Below, piece after piece: positions 13,361-26,684 of a DNA stretch of 64,000 bases. The position numbers were made by a program, and so were the translations under genes. Origin of the DNA: Octopus vulgaris (Eukaryota); contig OX597817.1 of assembly GCA_951406725.2 (NCBI GenBank), positions 22,444,001-22,508,000 of the forward strand, in the 5' to 3' direction. The notes under the pieces were generated by a model. The model was not told the origin of the DNA, did not search any database, and worked only from the letters and a program-made list of their open reading frames with translations. Numbering within the stretch: position 1 is the first letter of the stretch; the number at the start of each line of letters is the position of its first letter.

Positions 13361-13699
13361 TATCTATTTTGCTCTTTTTACAGAAATATGTTTTGAACAA
13401 ATCTTCAAACAACAATTTGTTAGCCAACCTTTTCTATCAGATTACTAATAAATTGGAAAGAAATGCTTGATAAATGCTTGAAAATCATGCGGACTTTTTA
13501 AAAATTCATGATCAATATTGGTCTTAAATTTAAATAACAAGTAGCATCTCCACCTAATATATGTGTTAGATGATTATTAGCCTCTTGAATCTATGTTACA
13601 AAGTTTTATGCACCAAAGAAATTTTAGTAGACATTTTCTTTTAAGTAATATGCAATTTTTAAAATTTGTTCATCAAACTAATCACTATCTTTTATCTTT

Positions 13700-13910
13700 T
13701 ATTGTTTACTTGTTTCAGTCATTTGACTGTGGCCATGCTGGAACACCAACTTTAGTCGAACAAATTGACTCCAGGATTTATTCTTTGTAAGCCTAGTACT
13801 TATTCTATTGGTCTCTTTTGCTGAACTGCTAAGATACGGGAACGTGAACACAACAACATCGGTTGTCAAGCGATGGTTGGGGGACAAACACAAACGCACA
13901 CACATACACT

Positions 13911-13966
<56 letters not shown>

Positions 13967-14093
13967 CGATGGGCTTCTTTCAGTCGGCCCAAGGCTATAG
14001 AAGAAGATACTTGCTCAAAGTGCCATACAGTGGGACTGAACCCAGAGCCATGTGGTTGGTAAGCAAGCTACTTATCACACAGCCACTCCTGCG
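13700..14093 (-). mobile_element. tRNA-derived SINE family B (internal CA/TA tract)
   Basis: Matches the multiple copies at 24370, 31938, 48802 and 62865. Confidence 0.88.
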
Positions 14094-14339
14094 TGTATCT
14101 TCAATATTTTTTTTTTTCAATTCAACATGTGTGTGCACAAACTACTTTAGAACACTAAGGTTTTGGATTTCAGATCATTTTCTAAATCTGTTGAACATTC
14201 CAGAATTTCCAGACTGATGGTTTTGTATTGTTGACCATTTGATTTAAAAGTATCATGTTTTTAGTTACAATCTTCAATCCAAATTGATGAATAAAATTTT
14301 ATTTCCATCACTGCAGGGCTTGATTCTTGTTGTTTAGAA

Positions 14340-14730
14340 TTTCAATGATGAAGTAGCTTGTAGTTTGCATACCAGACCTCTATTGCCCAAAGAAACTTAT
14401 ATGGTGAACTTCAGTAAGCAAACACTTCCAAGGATGCCAGAAAAAACTATTTTGAAGACACTTGAAAAGCTTCTCTAAAGGCCTTCAACATCACATGTAT
14501 AACATGGAAACAGATAGCCCAGGACAGAGGCAAGTGGCAATCAGCTGTCTGCAAGGGCATGCTGGTCTGCTAAACCAACAAAATTGCTGTAGCTGGGCAA
14601 TGTAGGCAGGTCAGAAAAACCAGTGTCTTATAATCTCCAACTACTGCTACCATTCTCTGCCAACACTGCCTGAGAATCTTTTGGTCATGGCTTGACTTGA
14701 TCAGTCACCAATGTACACACAAAGCCCAAC
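14340..14730 (+). pseudogene. RTE/BovB-like LINE C-terminal fragment
   Basis: Residual LPK..IYGEL...GCQKK...DTLKASLKAFNI...W.QIAQDRGKW.SAV pattern across frameshifts. Confidence 0.65.
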
Positions 14731-14818
14731 TCCAGCTTCAACCCTAGGATGACTAGATGTTCATCACTGTCTTGACAGATGAATAACAGCATTATGAACC
14801 TGCATGTCTTATATCATA

Positions 14819-15448
14819 CTAGCAGTATCGCCCGGCGTTGCTCGGGTTTGTAAGGGAAATAACTATAAAGCATTTTTAGAGAGTTATAGCCAAAAAATAG
14901 CAAAAAAATTCATTAAAAATGGAAAAATATGATGGTAAATTTTTTTTTAAATCGTTGACTCATCCTAGACATTTTTAGAGAGTTACTTCCCTTTAAAAAA
15001 ATATGCATTAAAATGGAAAAAAATTATGGTAAATTATTTTTAAAATCGTAGACTCATCGTAGTAGTATCACCCGGCGTTGCTCAGGTTTGTAAGGGAAAT
15101 AACTATAAAGCATTTTTAGAGAGTTATAGCCAAAAAATAGCAAAAAAATGCATTAAAAATGGAAAAAATATGATGGTAAATTTTTTTTTAAATCGTTGAC
15201 TCATCGTAGACATTTTTAGAGAGTTACTTACCTTTAAAAAAATATGCATTAAAATGGAAAAAAATGATGGTAAATTATTTTTTAAATCGTAGACTCATCG
15301 TAGACGTGCGCTAATACCCAGAAGGGCTCGATATGAATCATGACTATAAGATACCCGGTTTTGGTTAAACTGCACTGCAAAATGTGGGAGTAGTTAGCAA
15401 TCTAAATCGGAGTAGACAGACACACAACCTTACTTTTATATATAAAGA
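14819..15448 (-). mobile_element. Non-autonomous Helitron with internal ~240 bp tandem duplication
   Basis: Minus strand has a 5' TC start (A|TCTTTATATATAAAAG), a 3' hairpin CCCGAGCAACGCCGGG and a CTAG|T end. Units at 14820-15060 and 15061-15302. Confidence 0.85.
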
Positions 15449-16013
15449 TTTTGCACTGGTCAGTTGCTGAATGTATGGTTTCAGCCTATTTTAGCTCTGG
15501 TAACACCACTTATATGTTTACAAAATATAACTAAATATTTCTTTCAATCATATACTTTACAATTAGCACTTTGCCCATTTTTATTCACAGTACTCACTTG
15601 TTTAGAAGTCAAGAAAGACTCATGATAATTAACTGAGTTTTGGGGAATATAGTAAACACCCAATTAACACAGCTTTGAATAGCAATGTTCATGAATTAAT
15701 AGCTTATAGAGTGATCTCATATCCTGATAAACACAAAATATTTATGCATAACATGTGAAGGAAATAGAAAAAAAAATTCGAACAAACATCATGCTGTGAA
15801 ACAATTCAGAGCAATATATTTGGTAGCAACTGAAAGCAGAAAACAAAGCTTACAGAGAAATAATACATCAGTCTTTTTCCAGTTCTTATGTGTACTGTGT
15901 AGTGCTGTAAATCCAATTCTTACATGCAGTCTTCAAATATTTGAACTTATGGTGACTGGGATATTCTTGTACTTAAAAATATAAATATAAAGACATATAT
16001 AAATATATAAAAA

Positions 16014-16245
16014 GGCGGCAAGCTGGCAGAAATTTTAGCACGCCGAGCAAAATGCTTAGCAGTATTTTGTCTGCCGTTATTACGTTCTGAGTTCAAATTC
16101 CGCTGAGGTCGACTTTGCTTTTCATCCTTTTGGGGTCGATAAATAAAGTACCAGTTGTGCACTGGGGGCGATGTAATCGACTTAATCCCTTTGTCTGTCC
16201 TTGTTTGTCCCCTCTATGTTTAGCCCCTTGTGGGCAATAAATAAA
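16014..16245 (+). mobile_element. SINE family A
   Basis: Full-length match to 5604-5835. Confidence 0.9.
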
Positions 16246-16876
16246 TATATATAAATATTATAGGTACACACATACACACACATTTACAAGCGTACACACA
16301 GGTAATCACAAATTTAAAATGTTGTATAGTAGACATATATATATGCATGTATATATGTATAGATATATGTATATATGTATGTGTGTGTGTGTGTGAGTGT
16401 GTGTGTGTGAAAGTTTCTTTGTGATGGACAGCAGAAAAGTCACTTACCCCATCTCTCCTAAAAGTTATGTATTCCTTGCACCCACCTTTCTGTGTGTGTA
16501 TGTGTGTGTGTGTGTGTGTGTGTGTTGTAGCTATGTATTTACAAAATCCTATATGCAGTGTGGAATGCATATGACAACTGTATTAATGCATTGTCACCAC
16601 TCTTCTTGCTTTCATTAATATAAGTAACCCTCTCTCTACTGTTACCTTTCCCTCAGACTTGTATTTTTTGTTAGCATTTCATTTTATCATATAAATCTAC
16701 CAATGCTGCTGGGAGGCACATTATAAATTTTTTATTAAGATCCTAATTAGCCTATTATTGAAGTGGATGTTTAGAGTAACATGTATGCAAAGTTTTGGGA
16801 ATATTGGTTGGCTGGTTTAGACACTAAGGTGGTAACAGACAGACAGAAATTGCCATTTATGTATTAAATAGGTTTT

Positions 16877-17150
<274 letters not shown>

Positions 17151-17807
17151 GTGTGTGTGCATATGTATATAAATACATACACATACATGCATTGCATGCA
17201 CACACTCTCATACATCCATACTCATTTTATTGCTTTATATATGTGTACACATTTGCTCTAAAGTTGAGAACATGCTCTCACATCACGGCACAAGACATAA
17301 TAACATATAATAATAATATATATATTCATAGAAATAATTTTGTTGTCAGTACTGGCATATGTTGTATGTATTTGAGCAATAGACCATCTCAAGTTGTCGC
17401 TCTTCTTATTTCTATGACTAGTTAATCAAACTTTGTTTCTTGATTTGCTCTGAGCCATGTCATCATAGCTTTGTTTATTCTTCTCGCCTCTGTTTTTTTT
17501 ATTTACATTTTGGCTAACCAATTTCTAAGCAAACAATGGAAGTCTGCAGTTATTTATAGAAACCAGCCAAAAGTTAGTCAGACACACTGCCAATATACAA
17601 TATTCTGGTTAGTTTTCATCTCAACCAGGTAAAGCATTGAAGGTCATATATACGTGTGGTGTACACTAAAGCCTGTCAGAAAGAAAAAAAAAACAAAACA
17701 ATAAAGAAACACTTGTAAAAGACGAATAAACTTATATTGCGTAGATTAAGTATATCAGAGAAACAGCACATTACATAATAATGACACATGGTATTCAGGT
17801 TTGGTGA

Positions 17808-18240
17808 AGGCGTTGAGCTGGTAGAATTGTTGGTACATGGGGGAAATGCTTTGGGGAATCTCATGTTTTAAGTTCAAATACTTTTGAGGTCAACTTTGTC
17901 TTTCATCCTTTTGGGGGTCGATAAAATAAGTACCAGTTGGACACTGAGGTCAATGTAATTGACTTACCTACTCCCATGAAATTGCTGGCCTTACTCTTTT
18001 TACTCTTTTACTTGTTTCAGTCATCTGACTGTGGCCATGCTGGAGTGCCACCTTTAGTCGAGCAAATCGATCCCAGGACTTATTCTTTTTAAGTCTAGTA
18101 CTTATTCTATCGGTCTCTTTTGCCGAACTGCTAAGTTACAAGTATGTAAACACTCCAGCATCGGTTGTCAACCGATGTTGGGGGGACAAACACAGACACA
18201 CAAACATATACACACACATACATACATATATATATATATA
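17808..18240. mobile_element. Diverged family A SINE (+) abutting the 3' half of a family B SINE (-)
   Basis: Family A core at 17870-17960 and family B tail from 17992. Confidence 0.75.
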
Positions 18241-18999
18241 TATTTATATATAAAGGTTGTTGTTGAATATAGAAAGACCTTTTATGACAGAACTCTGCTT
18301 AGAAGATACTGTTTCAAGGATTACTGCATGAAAACAAATCCATTTTTGATTCCATTTTAAATGCTAAAGTACCTCAGGACTTTTGAGCATCAAATTCATT
18401 ATATGGGGTTGAGGGAAGTTTTGTTTTTTGACTGTTTTAGATTTATTATATAGGTTTGATATTTGCAATATTTACACACTGTAAGTAGATTACCACTGAA
18501 GCAGCAGGATTATGAACTACTGGTAACCTTTGCACTAAAGTGAACAAACAAGCCACTAAACAATTAATCAAAATGTACAGGCAGAGGTTTGTACATTTGC
18601 ACCTGCATGATAGAAGTGATACATGAAAAAGAAAAGCAGGCACTAGAAACGATAATTAAATATTGTCAAAATAATAACATTAAGCAATAATCCATCATTT
18701 GATAACATTATCAAAAAAGAGAAGTCAATTAGATGTTGCTTAACGAAAATGATCACAAACCATTTTTTGAATGCTTAGTTTGTAAAAGGTGAGCTGAGCA
18801 AAAGGCAATCAGTTATAGAGTTCTCCGATCCTTGCACTTTTGTAGGCAGGTGGATGATTCTCACACTTTGTTGATAGAGTTTAACACTCTTTTTATTTCT
18901 TACTTTCACTTTCTCATCTGTCACATGAGCATTCTCTTGTTCTGATCTATTCTCCATTTCACTTTCAAATTTTCATAACCAAACTTTCTCTGTTCTTTT

Positions 19000-19580
19000 A
19001 TTCTTTTATTCTTTTACTTGTTTCAGTCATTTGACTGCAGCCATGCTGGCCATACCTTAAAGGTTTTTAGTTGAAGAAATAGACCCCAGGATTTATTCTT
19101 TGTAAGCCAAGTACTTATTCTATCAGACCCTTTTGCTGAACTGATAAATCATGGGGACATAAACACACCAGTGTCAGTTGCCAAGTGATGGCAGAGAGAG
19201 AGAAATACAGATAGAGATGCACACACACACGCACTCACGTGGTCACACCAGTTGATCCTGTCTCCTATCATCACCCACGAACTTCTCCACTGGACTTTCT
19301 ACCTCTCTACCCTTTACAGATTCTCTTTGGGACTTTCTACACTCCAGCTGCACCTCTCCTGCCTATGGATTACTCTGGACTCTTCTGTTGATAAAAAATT
19401 GCTCATATATATATATGTATATATGATGTGCTTCTTTCAGTTTCTGTATACCAAATCTACTAACAAGGCTTTAGTCGGCCTGAGACTATTGTAAAAGTTG
19501 CTTGCCCAAGGTGTCTTGCAGTGGGACTGAACCTGGAGCGATGTGGTTGGGAAGTAGGCTTCTTACCACACAGCCATGCA
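19000..19580 (-). mobile_element. SINE family B, interrupted at its central microsatellite
   Basis: Family B tail at 19000-19230, an unrelated C/T-rich insert at ~19240-19405, and family B head at 19425-19580. Confidence 0.75.
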
Positions 19581-19589
19581 TGTTACATA

Positions 19590-20520
19590 GAATTTCTTTA
19601 TTCCAAGTACCTGACCAAAAGCTCTTTGCTGCTTAAGCCTTTAGCACATCGTTTCCCTTGTTGCTAATTTTTGTTGTTGAGCTGTTGATAATATTTTCTT
19701 TCATCGTTTCTGAAGAACCTGTTCTGCTAACACTGGTTTATTCCTTGTTTGTATCTAATTCTTTACCCTACTGTTGCCTTAGCTTTTTTGTCTTAACTCT
19801 TCTTCAGGTAAGTGTTATCTGTTTTTTCATGTCCTTTCTTTAGAGCTCATTTCTATGTCTTTCCTTTAACAGCTTCTTCCCAGTAAATGCATTTATCCTT
19901 CTAAAATCTCTGTTGAGCTGTTCAACATGGTTTTCAAGTCTCCATTTCCATCATGTCTCTTTGTCACTTGCTTTTCCTGGATTATTAACCCTAAGAATTT
20001 CCACAGTAACAGAAAGTGTGCTATATATGGTCATTTGAATCATTTATATTTTTAACAGAGTTTTTTTAACTGGCCATCCAGCTCCTTTATTATTTTATGT
20101 AAATTTTCTTTTATAATTCCTATCAAAGGTGATAGTTTCTTTCTATCGCTAGTTTGTGTCTAATTAGCCACTGTACTAAGCTGCTTTCCTTTCCTTCATA
20201 AAATAAAATTTGTGTTTATCTTGGCTGTTATTTAATGCACTCTCTAAATAAGATTTCTTGTCCAATTTCCTCTTCTTTTTCGTATTCTATGTAACCATAT
20301 TCTTCCCATTTCAGCTGAGATAGCCACTGTCATTTTATGCTTAAATTTTTCTGGCCTAGAAGTCATTGCTTTGAAATGGAACATACCTTTCACCATCCAT
20401 ATTTTAAACATTCTTTTCCTGCATCCTATTTTGGTAGGCTCACTTCTGTAATAACACCCCATCACAGTCCTAATGTCATTTTGAGACCCATCTTCTCCTA
20501 ATCTTTGCAGCAGCAGTTGG
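19590..20520 (-). pseudogene. Decayed R4/Dong-like non-LTR retrotransposon, N-terminal region
   Basis: NDIRTVMGCYYRSEPTKIGCRKRMFKIW, and downstream W..RLENHVEQL...EELRQK...QNRFFRNDERKYYQQL, resemble the pre-RT region of R4/Dong-type elements. Recognised from memory; multiple stops and frameshifts. Confidence 0.6.
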
Positions 20521-21109
20521 ATAATAACCAGGTGCATTCTTCTACTTAGTGGGACACTTTCTGTGCAACAGACCTTTACTTGGAGATCCAGTTTCTTGAA
20601 CACTGTCGTGATTACACTTTTATTTGGCATTACACTAATAAAAATCACTATGGTAGTAAGACATCACAACCAGAAGAGTTGTGACACTTTATCTAAAGTA
20701 CTGCTAGGCCAGCCAAGGCTAAAACACCCTCCTTCCCTTGTAGAAGACATAAACTTGAAAGGATGACCCCCTACTATTTTTAGTCTCAGGGTACACATTA
20801 TCATTTTTGCAACTCTCATGAACTGAAAGTGGCATCATTAGCAGCAATACTATAAAAAAAAATGCTATTTGTGGAGCTGTTGATTCTCCTGAGTTCATCT
20901 GTTCTTTGATAAATTTTGCTTTTCATCCTGTAAGACATCCAAATAGAAGAAACTCTCCCTCTTCCCTGAAAATGTGCTGTGGTGTTGATGGTTTTTGTGG
21001 ATATTGACCTGATATCTTCAGTCGCACTGTTGTGATTTCTTGCCTCCAATCATGTTAGCAGAGGAGAGGTGAACATTATGTGCTAGTCATGAAAAGGTGC
21101 AAAAAAAGA

Positions 21110-21159
<50 letters not shown>

Positions 21160-21173
21160 CATTATTATTATTA

Positions 21174-21215
<42 letters not shown>

Positions 21216-21260
21216 ATCATTATTATTATCATTTATTATTTATTATTTATTATTTATTCT
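21110..21260. repeat. (TTA)n microsatellite
   Basis: Read directly from the sequence. Confidence 0.95.
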
Positions 21261-22163
21261 GGTTCTTTATGTTCTGTGTTCAAATTAACTTTGCTTTTCA
21301 TCTCCCACCCTCAACCAGTAAACTGTGCTGCATCAGCGGTATTGCCTAAACTCCATTCCACCAAAATTTATAAACATCTGAGAGAGCATGAAATAATTTT
21401 GGTTGGGAAGAGTGAATCTCAAAGCACAAAGCTATAAGTAACAGCATGTAAATATTGGGTTGAAAATCCCATTTGAACAGAAAAAGTAAAATTAAAATTC
21501 CAATGGTAGAACGTCTGTCATGTATAGAGAAGATGTGAATTTGTCCCATATGCAATTTCTTGATCTTTTTCTATCCCAGAAGGTTTTCAACCCAATCTAC
21601 ATGCTATTATCCATAGCTTTATGTGCTTTGAGATCCACTGCTCCAAAAATGAACTAATAACTGTGACTATTACTATACTAGTGTAACAGAGAATATTCAA
21701 ATTCTATTCTTATTCTTTTTTACTCTATATTTTCTAAATTAGTTCACTCAAAGACATTTTTTGCTTGGGTAATTTCCTGAACAGATTTTTATATTTTGTT
21801 ATAATTTATAAAATTGTGCTTTTTTCCCAATGACAATATGAAAATGTTCGTGGAGGGGAAGTGTCAACCTTCTCAACAAATCAACTACTGGCATAAATTA
21901 ACAGCTAATTTCCATAAGAAAATGCAAACCTCATAGTGTGTGGAAACTCAGTTTAGTTGGTGCATATTAAAATTTTCAATGCACTTAATTTTTTGCTTCT
22001 GTGTATTATACTGGGACAAGATTATGAAGTTTATGACGAACATAAACAGATTGTCATGTCTGAGCACTGTAAATGTTCATTCAGTTAAGGTGCCACTTTA
22101 AGGTTAATTTGTTGGCTTGAAAGAGACCCTGTGTGGCTCCTCGCCCCCAATAACCCATATTTC

Positions 22164-22583
22164 TTATTTCTTTACTGCCCACAAGGGGCTACACACAGAG
22201 GGGAAAAGCAAGGAGAGACAAAATGGATTAAGTCGATTATATTGACCCCAGTGTGCAACTGGTACTTATTTAATCAACCCTGAAAGGATGAAAGGCAAAG
22301 TCGACCTTGGTGGAATTTGAACTCAGAATGTAGCGGCAGACGAAATACCTATTTCTTTACTACCCACAAGGAGCTAAGCACAGTGGGGACAAACAAGGAC
22401 AGACAAAAACAGATTAAGTTGATTATATCGACCCCAGTGTGCAACTGGTACTTATTTAATCGACCCTGAAAGGATGAAAGGCAAAGTCAACCTCGGTGGA
22501 ATTTGAACTCAGAATGTAGTGGCAGACAAAATACCGCTAAGCATTTCACCTGGCGTGCTAATGTTTCTGTCAGCTAACCGCCT
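22164..22583 (-). mobile_element. Tandem dimer of SINE family A
   Basis: Two units joined at GAAATACC|TATTTCTTTAC (~22350). The left unit is 5'-truncated. Confidence 0.85.
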
Positions 22584-22969
22584 TTCTAACCCATCTTTCT
22601 AACACCACCCCCTCCCTCATTTTGGATTCATCACTCTCTGTATATCTCTCCCTTCACACCCTCATGGACCTACCTGCCCACAATACATCCCTGTCGAATG
22701 TCTCCCCCACCACAAAACATCCTCCTAGCACCTCCTCCCTCTGCTTGTGACCACCTACTACTTCCATCCCTACTATCTTCCACCCACTTACCCTGTGCAA
22801 TTCTTTGTTCTTCTTCACTTATATACACCTCTTGGTAAATTGAGTGTACTCCTATTTACATCTTCATCATTCCCTCTCCTTCCCCTCCTCTCTCCCCCTC
22901 CTTTCACTCCCTCTCTTTAACTGAGATAGCCATGTGTCTCCTCTGCTGCAAGATATCTATTTTTGTCTC

Positions 22970-23415
22970 TTTACTCTTTACTCTTTTTACCCTTTTACTT
23001 GTTTCAGTCCTTTGACTGCGGCCATGTTGGAGCACCACCTTTAGTCGAACAAATCAACCCCAGGACTTATTCTTTGTAAGCCTACTACTTATTCTATTGG
23101 TCACTTTTGCCGAATTGCTAAGTTACAGGCATGTAAACACACCAGCATCGGTTGTCAAGCGATGTTAGGGGGACAAACATAGACACACAAACATTTACAC
23201 ACATGTATATATATATATATATATATATCTATATATATATATACATACATATATACGATGGGCTTCTTTCAGTTTCTGTCTACCAAGTCCACTCACAAGG
23301 CTTTGGTTGGCCCAAGGCTATAGTAGAAGACACTTGCCCAAGGTGCCACATAGTAGGACTGAACCCGGAACCATGTGGTTGGTAAGCGAGCTACTTACCA
23401 CGCAGCCACTCCTAC
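22970..23415 (-). mobile_element. SINE family B
   Basis: Full-length copy. Confidence 0.9.
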
Positions 23416-23539
23416 ACCTCTCTACATCTCTCTATTCATACTTTACTTCTCATCACCCGGCACTAACCCACCCACTTCTGTATTATTTCCTGCTCCTGCA
23501 GTTGAGGGGTTTTGTTCTGCATGTTACTTGGCAACTTCA

Positions 23540-23771
23540 CTGCTGCTGGTGCCATGTAAAATGCATGCACTACCCTCTGTTAAGTGGTTGGCATTAGGAA
23601 AGCCATCCAACCATAGAAACCAAGCCAAAGTAGACAAAGTAGACTTGACACTGCCTTCTGACATGCTAACTCCTGCCAAACTGTCTAACCCATGCCAGCA
23701 GAGGAGTACTTTAAATAATGATGATGATGATTGTGGTGGCGGCAGCGGTGGTGGCGCAATGGAGGTGGTGG

Positions 23772-23830
<59 letters not shown>

Positions 23831-23965
23831 TTGATGATGATGATGATGATGATGATGTTGATGATGTTGATGATGTTGATGATGATGATGATGAGGAGGA
23901 GGAGGATGATGGTGATGATGATGATGATGAAGAAGAGGAGGAGGGGAGGGGGAGAGGAGGAGGAG
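23540..23965 (+). repeat. Diverged family C end followed by an expanded (GAT)n/(GAG)n tract
   Basis: AACCCATGCCAGCA at ~23690, then ~250 bp of triplet repeat. Confidence 0.85.
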
Positions 23966-24369
23966 GAGCCAAATTTTCTGTCTCCACCAAGAGTGGTCAT
24001 TTGCTGTTTGAAGTGATCTGGACACGCTCCGTCTGCTGAGACTGATCATAACCAAGTAAGTTCTGAGATTAACTGTAAAAGGGTGAAGAATAAAATCCAA
24101 TGATGCCCATTTTCAAGAAAAAGAATCAAGCTAAATATTTCAGGTTTTATTATCTGATTATTTTTTTTTGATTTCTGCTACACCAATGCCTACTACAATT
24201 ACCTCAATACATCAATTAACTACTTCCATTTTTTCTTTGTTTGACACAAAAACCATGCATATAATACAACCAATTTGGTTAAACACCAGTATATTGTTGA
24301 TTTTTTTATTGTATTGGTCCCAGAGAAGTCAATCATTTTGCAGGAAGAGCAAGGCACTGCACTCTCTCT

Positions 24370-24762
24370 TTTACTCTTTTACTCTTTCACTTGTTTCAGT
24401 CATTTGACTGCGGCCATGCTGGAGCACCGCCTTTAGTCGAGCAAATCGACCCCGGGACTTATTCTTTGTAAGCCCAGTACTTATTCTATTGGTCTCTTTT
24501 GCTGAACCGCTAAGTGACAGGGACGTAAACACACCAGCATCGGTTGTCAAACAATGCCAGGGGGACAAACACACACACACATATATATATACATATATAC
24601 GACAGGCTTCTTTCAGTTTCCGTCTACCAAATCCACTTACAAGGCATTGGTCGGCCCGGGGCTATAGCAGAAGACACTTGCCCAAGATGCCACGCAGTGG
24701 GACTGAACCTGGAACCATGTGGTTGGTTAGCAAGCTACTTACCACACAGCCACTCCTGTGCC
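24370..24762 (-). mobile_element. SINE family B
   Basis: Full-length, low-divergence copy. Confidence 0.92.
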
Positions 24763-25127
24763 TGTATACATGGTAAAATAATTGGTAGATGAGTAATTCT
24801 TCCTTTAGTATGTCTTGCCATGGACTATTCAGCCTCTTTAGTGTTGATGCTATGAGAAAATGCATCCAGTTCTGCCTATAAAATGGTTGGCAATATAGTA
24901 GGGGAATCTAACCACAAAATCCATGTGAAATGCCATGTACAAATACCAGTCTTTGGAAGCATCAGTACCCACTAAGAAATGTCTCTGACCATGATGGCCC
25001 ATCCATCCCATGCTGACATAGAGAGCAAATGATGATGATGATGATGAAGATGGCATTGGTGATGGTGATGATGCAGATGGCAGTGGTGATGGTAATGGTT
25101 TTGTGACAATATTTCTATTGAAATTAA

Positions 25128-25335
25128 GGTGTTGAGCTGGTAGAATCATTGGCATCCTGGGTGAAATGCTAAGTGTGATTTCATCCATCTTTGTGTTCTG
25201 AGCTCAAATTCTGCCATGGGCCACTTTGCTTTCAATCCATTTAAGGGTCAGTAAAATAAATACCAGTTGAGAACTGGGGTCAATGTAATTGACTTCCACT
25301 CTCCCCCAAAATTCATGACTTGGTGCCAAAATTTC
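25128..25335 (+). mobile_element. Diverged SINE family A
   Basis: GAGCTGGTAGAATC head and TAAAATAAATACCAGTTG core. Confidence 0.65.
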
Positions 25336-26639
25336 AAAATCGAAATTTCAACTGAAACTCTCTGTGCCAGTGTGTTTGAATTAACTTTGAAAATATTTAA
25401 GAATTTGGCAGGATTTGGTAAAACAATTATTTCTGTTTTTTTATTTATCAAGAAAGAATTCTGGACATAAATTAACAAATGGTTCATTCATAAAACAAAA
25501 GCTATGATAGACAGGTCTCAATTTAGATATGAACATAACAAAACAGCTGGCTTTGAATCACAACACTAAACAGTCTCAAGTGCATTGGTATGAAAAGGGT
25601 TTAAGGCACAAAGCAATCTGTTGGGTTTTCACCTCTAAATATAGTCGTGTCATGACAGAATATGGTAAACTATCATGTCTATATTTTACTGTTTCTAGTA
25701 AAACACCACTGATTCCGTAGAAAAAATTTCATTTGCGAATATTGGCACAATGACATATGTTTCGAATGGCGGCCTATATTGAATACACCCCAGTAGTTAT
25801 GATTTGCAATGTCAATCCCAAGTGATGTTAGCATAGAAGACAGAAAGAGAGAATTAAATATCGTGAAGCATTTTGTCCACCATTCAAATGTTTACGTCAT
25901 GCCACCAACTTTCTCTTTTCAGTTAGAAAATATTAATCATATAACAGAATTATGCATAAATATATGGTCTATCAATGAAATATAGTTTTTTTTTTTTTTA
26001 TTATTATTATTCCTATGGAAAATACACCTTGTCCCTTTGTTGGAAAACTCACTTCTGTAATATACATGCACACGCACAAACACACACACACACACACACA
26101 CACAGAGTTGCATATGTGTGTGTTACCGAAACTTATTGTTCTGTATTTATTTGTGTGTTTCGGTAGATTCTGTTTTTGCAACAAAGGACAAGTATTATCA
26201 GAAAGCCTACAGCTGGTTAAATAAAGTCATCTGACTGCCATGTATAATACGGTGTGATGCAATATAATAAGATATAACATATAAATATGATATAGATATA
26301 ATATTGGTATATATATATATATATATATATGCAAACATGCATACAAAAGTGGGTGTGCAGTAGTCAAATAAATAAAATAAATGCATTATATCTATCGAGA
26401 GGTATCTATGTGAAATATGTGCACACACACACAGAGAAGCACACATATATACATATACTTACATACATACACATACATATATTCACCTTTTGTTCTTTCT
26501 TTTGTGAGTGCAGGTGTGAACTCACACATACACACATGCACACATGCACATATGCCTATATATATACATTTATATGTGCTTATACATACATACATACATA
26601 TATATATATACATATACACATATATATATACATATATAT

Positions 26640-26684
<45 letters not shown>

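Noticed and set aside
23375-24100. Poly-Met/Asp/His/Ser ORFs
   Set aside because: These are translations of a (GAT)n expansion at a retroelement tail.
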